Shown: positions 63,382 to 64,000 of the stretch, one piece after another
Layout: every line of letters begins with the position of its first letter
How positions within the stretch are numbered: position 1 is the stretch's first letter
From: Octopus vulgaris
Lineage: Eukaryota
NCBI GenBank assembly: GCA_951406725.2
Contig: OX597837.1
Location: forward strand, 32,860,001-32,924,000
Length of the DNA: 64,000 nucleotides
Reading direction: 5' to 3'
The notes under the pieces: generated by a model
Told to the model about the DNA's origin: nothing
What the model saw: only the letters and a program-made list of their open reading frames with translations
The model's database searches: none
Program-made: the position numbers and the translations under genes

Positions 63382-64000
63382 CATCTTCCCATCATCATGG
63401 AGGCCTTCAAAGTGGCTTTTTCCAATCTCTTGGATGCTCCTTGGTAACTGCATAGGTGAGCTGGCAGAAACGCTAGCGCGCCGGGCGAAATGCTTAGCGG
63501 TATTTCATCTGCCGCTACGTTCTGAGTTCGAATTCCGCTGAGTTCGACTTTGTCTTTCATCCTTTCGGGGTTGATTAAATAAGTACCAGTTACACACTGG
63601 GGTCGATATAATCGACTTAATCCGTTTGTTCGTCCTTGTTTATCCTCTCTGTGTTTAGCCCCTTGTGGGTAGTAAAGATGTCGGTAACTGCATAGGTCCA
63701 CCAGTCGTCTGTGAACTTTGCAGCATGTTCAGACCAGCAGCACTCACTCGTGTATTCTTCAGTATTCTTCAATCGCATCATTCTCTCCACTCCATTCTCA
63801 AATTACCTAGTTTTGAACATGCTCCCATAATGATATTCCTAGCATGGCTATCTTCATGGTCCTTTGCTTCACAGCCAATCGATGTTCTGTCCTCTTCATA
63901 GCAGACCACATCTCACTTGTGTATAAGAGCACAGGCAGGACAGTGTTATTAAAGAGCCTCATACATATGGGTTTGTCTAGCTTTATTTTGAGTATTTTTT
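63382..64000 (-). mobile_element. Decayed RTE-clade LINE ORF C-terminus, runs off the window end
   Basis: Minus strand: LFNNTVLPVLLYTSEMWS...AMLGISLWEH...KFTDDWWTYAVT [SINE] KEHPRDWKKPL*RPP**WED. Matches recalled RTE motifs LYGSETW, WAGHVAR..D.RW and KRP.GRP..RW. Confidence 0.85.
63458..63682 (+). mobile_element. SINE-C monomer inserted in the RTE fragment
   Basis: 15-bp TSD GGTAACTGCATAGGT at 63443-63457 and 63683-63697. Confidence 0.92.

Overview
Eukaryotic, AT-rich, repeat-saturated DNA. The combination of microsatellite density and tRNA-derived CORE-like SINE families most resembles an octopus (coleoid cephalopod) genome; this is inferred from recalled repeat character, not from a search. 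No complete protein-coding gene is visible, and nearly all ORFs in the supplied track are translations of microsatellites or SINEs. The window holds: (1) many copies of at least four SINE families, labelled here A, B, C and D, several with clear target-site duplications (TSDs); (2) decayed RTE-like and CRE-like LINE fragments; (3) two non-autonomous Helitrons; (4) hAT-like, piggyBac-like and unclassified TIR MITEs; (5) Penelope-like palindromes and minimal hammerhead-ribozyme-like motifs; (6) a 15-copy minisatellite. Unique islands include a minus-strand CCAAT/TATA/Inr promoter candidate (TSS about 7096), a plus-strand candidate first coding exon (12115-12175), and several transcription-factor motif clusters. 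The most unusual signals are a SINE (family C) that repeatedly lands on GGTAT(TT), a motif found both inside it and just past its 3' end, giving self-insertion and 184-bp dimers; and a TSD-flanked composite SINE-A insertion carrying a CCAAT/TATA-bearing spacer.
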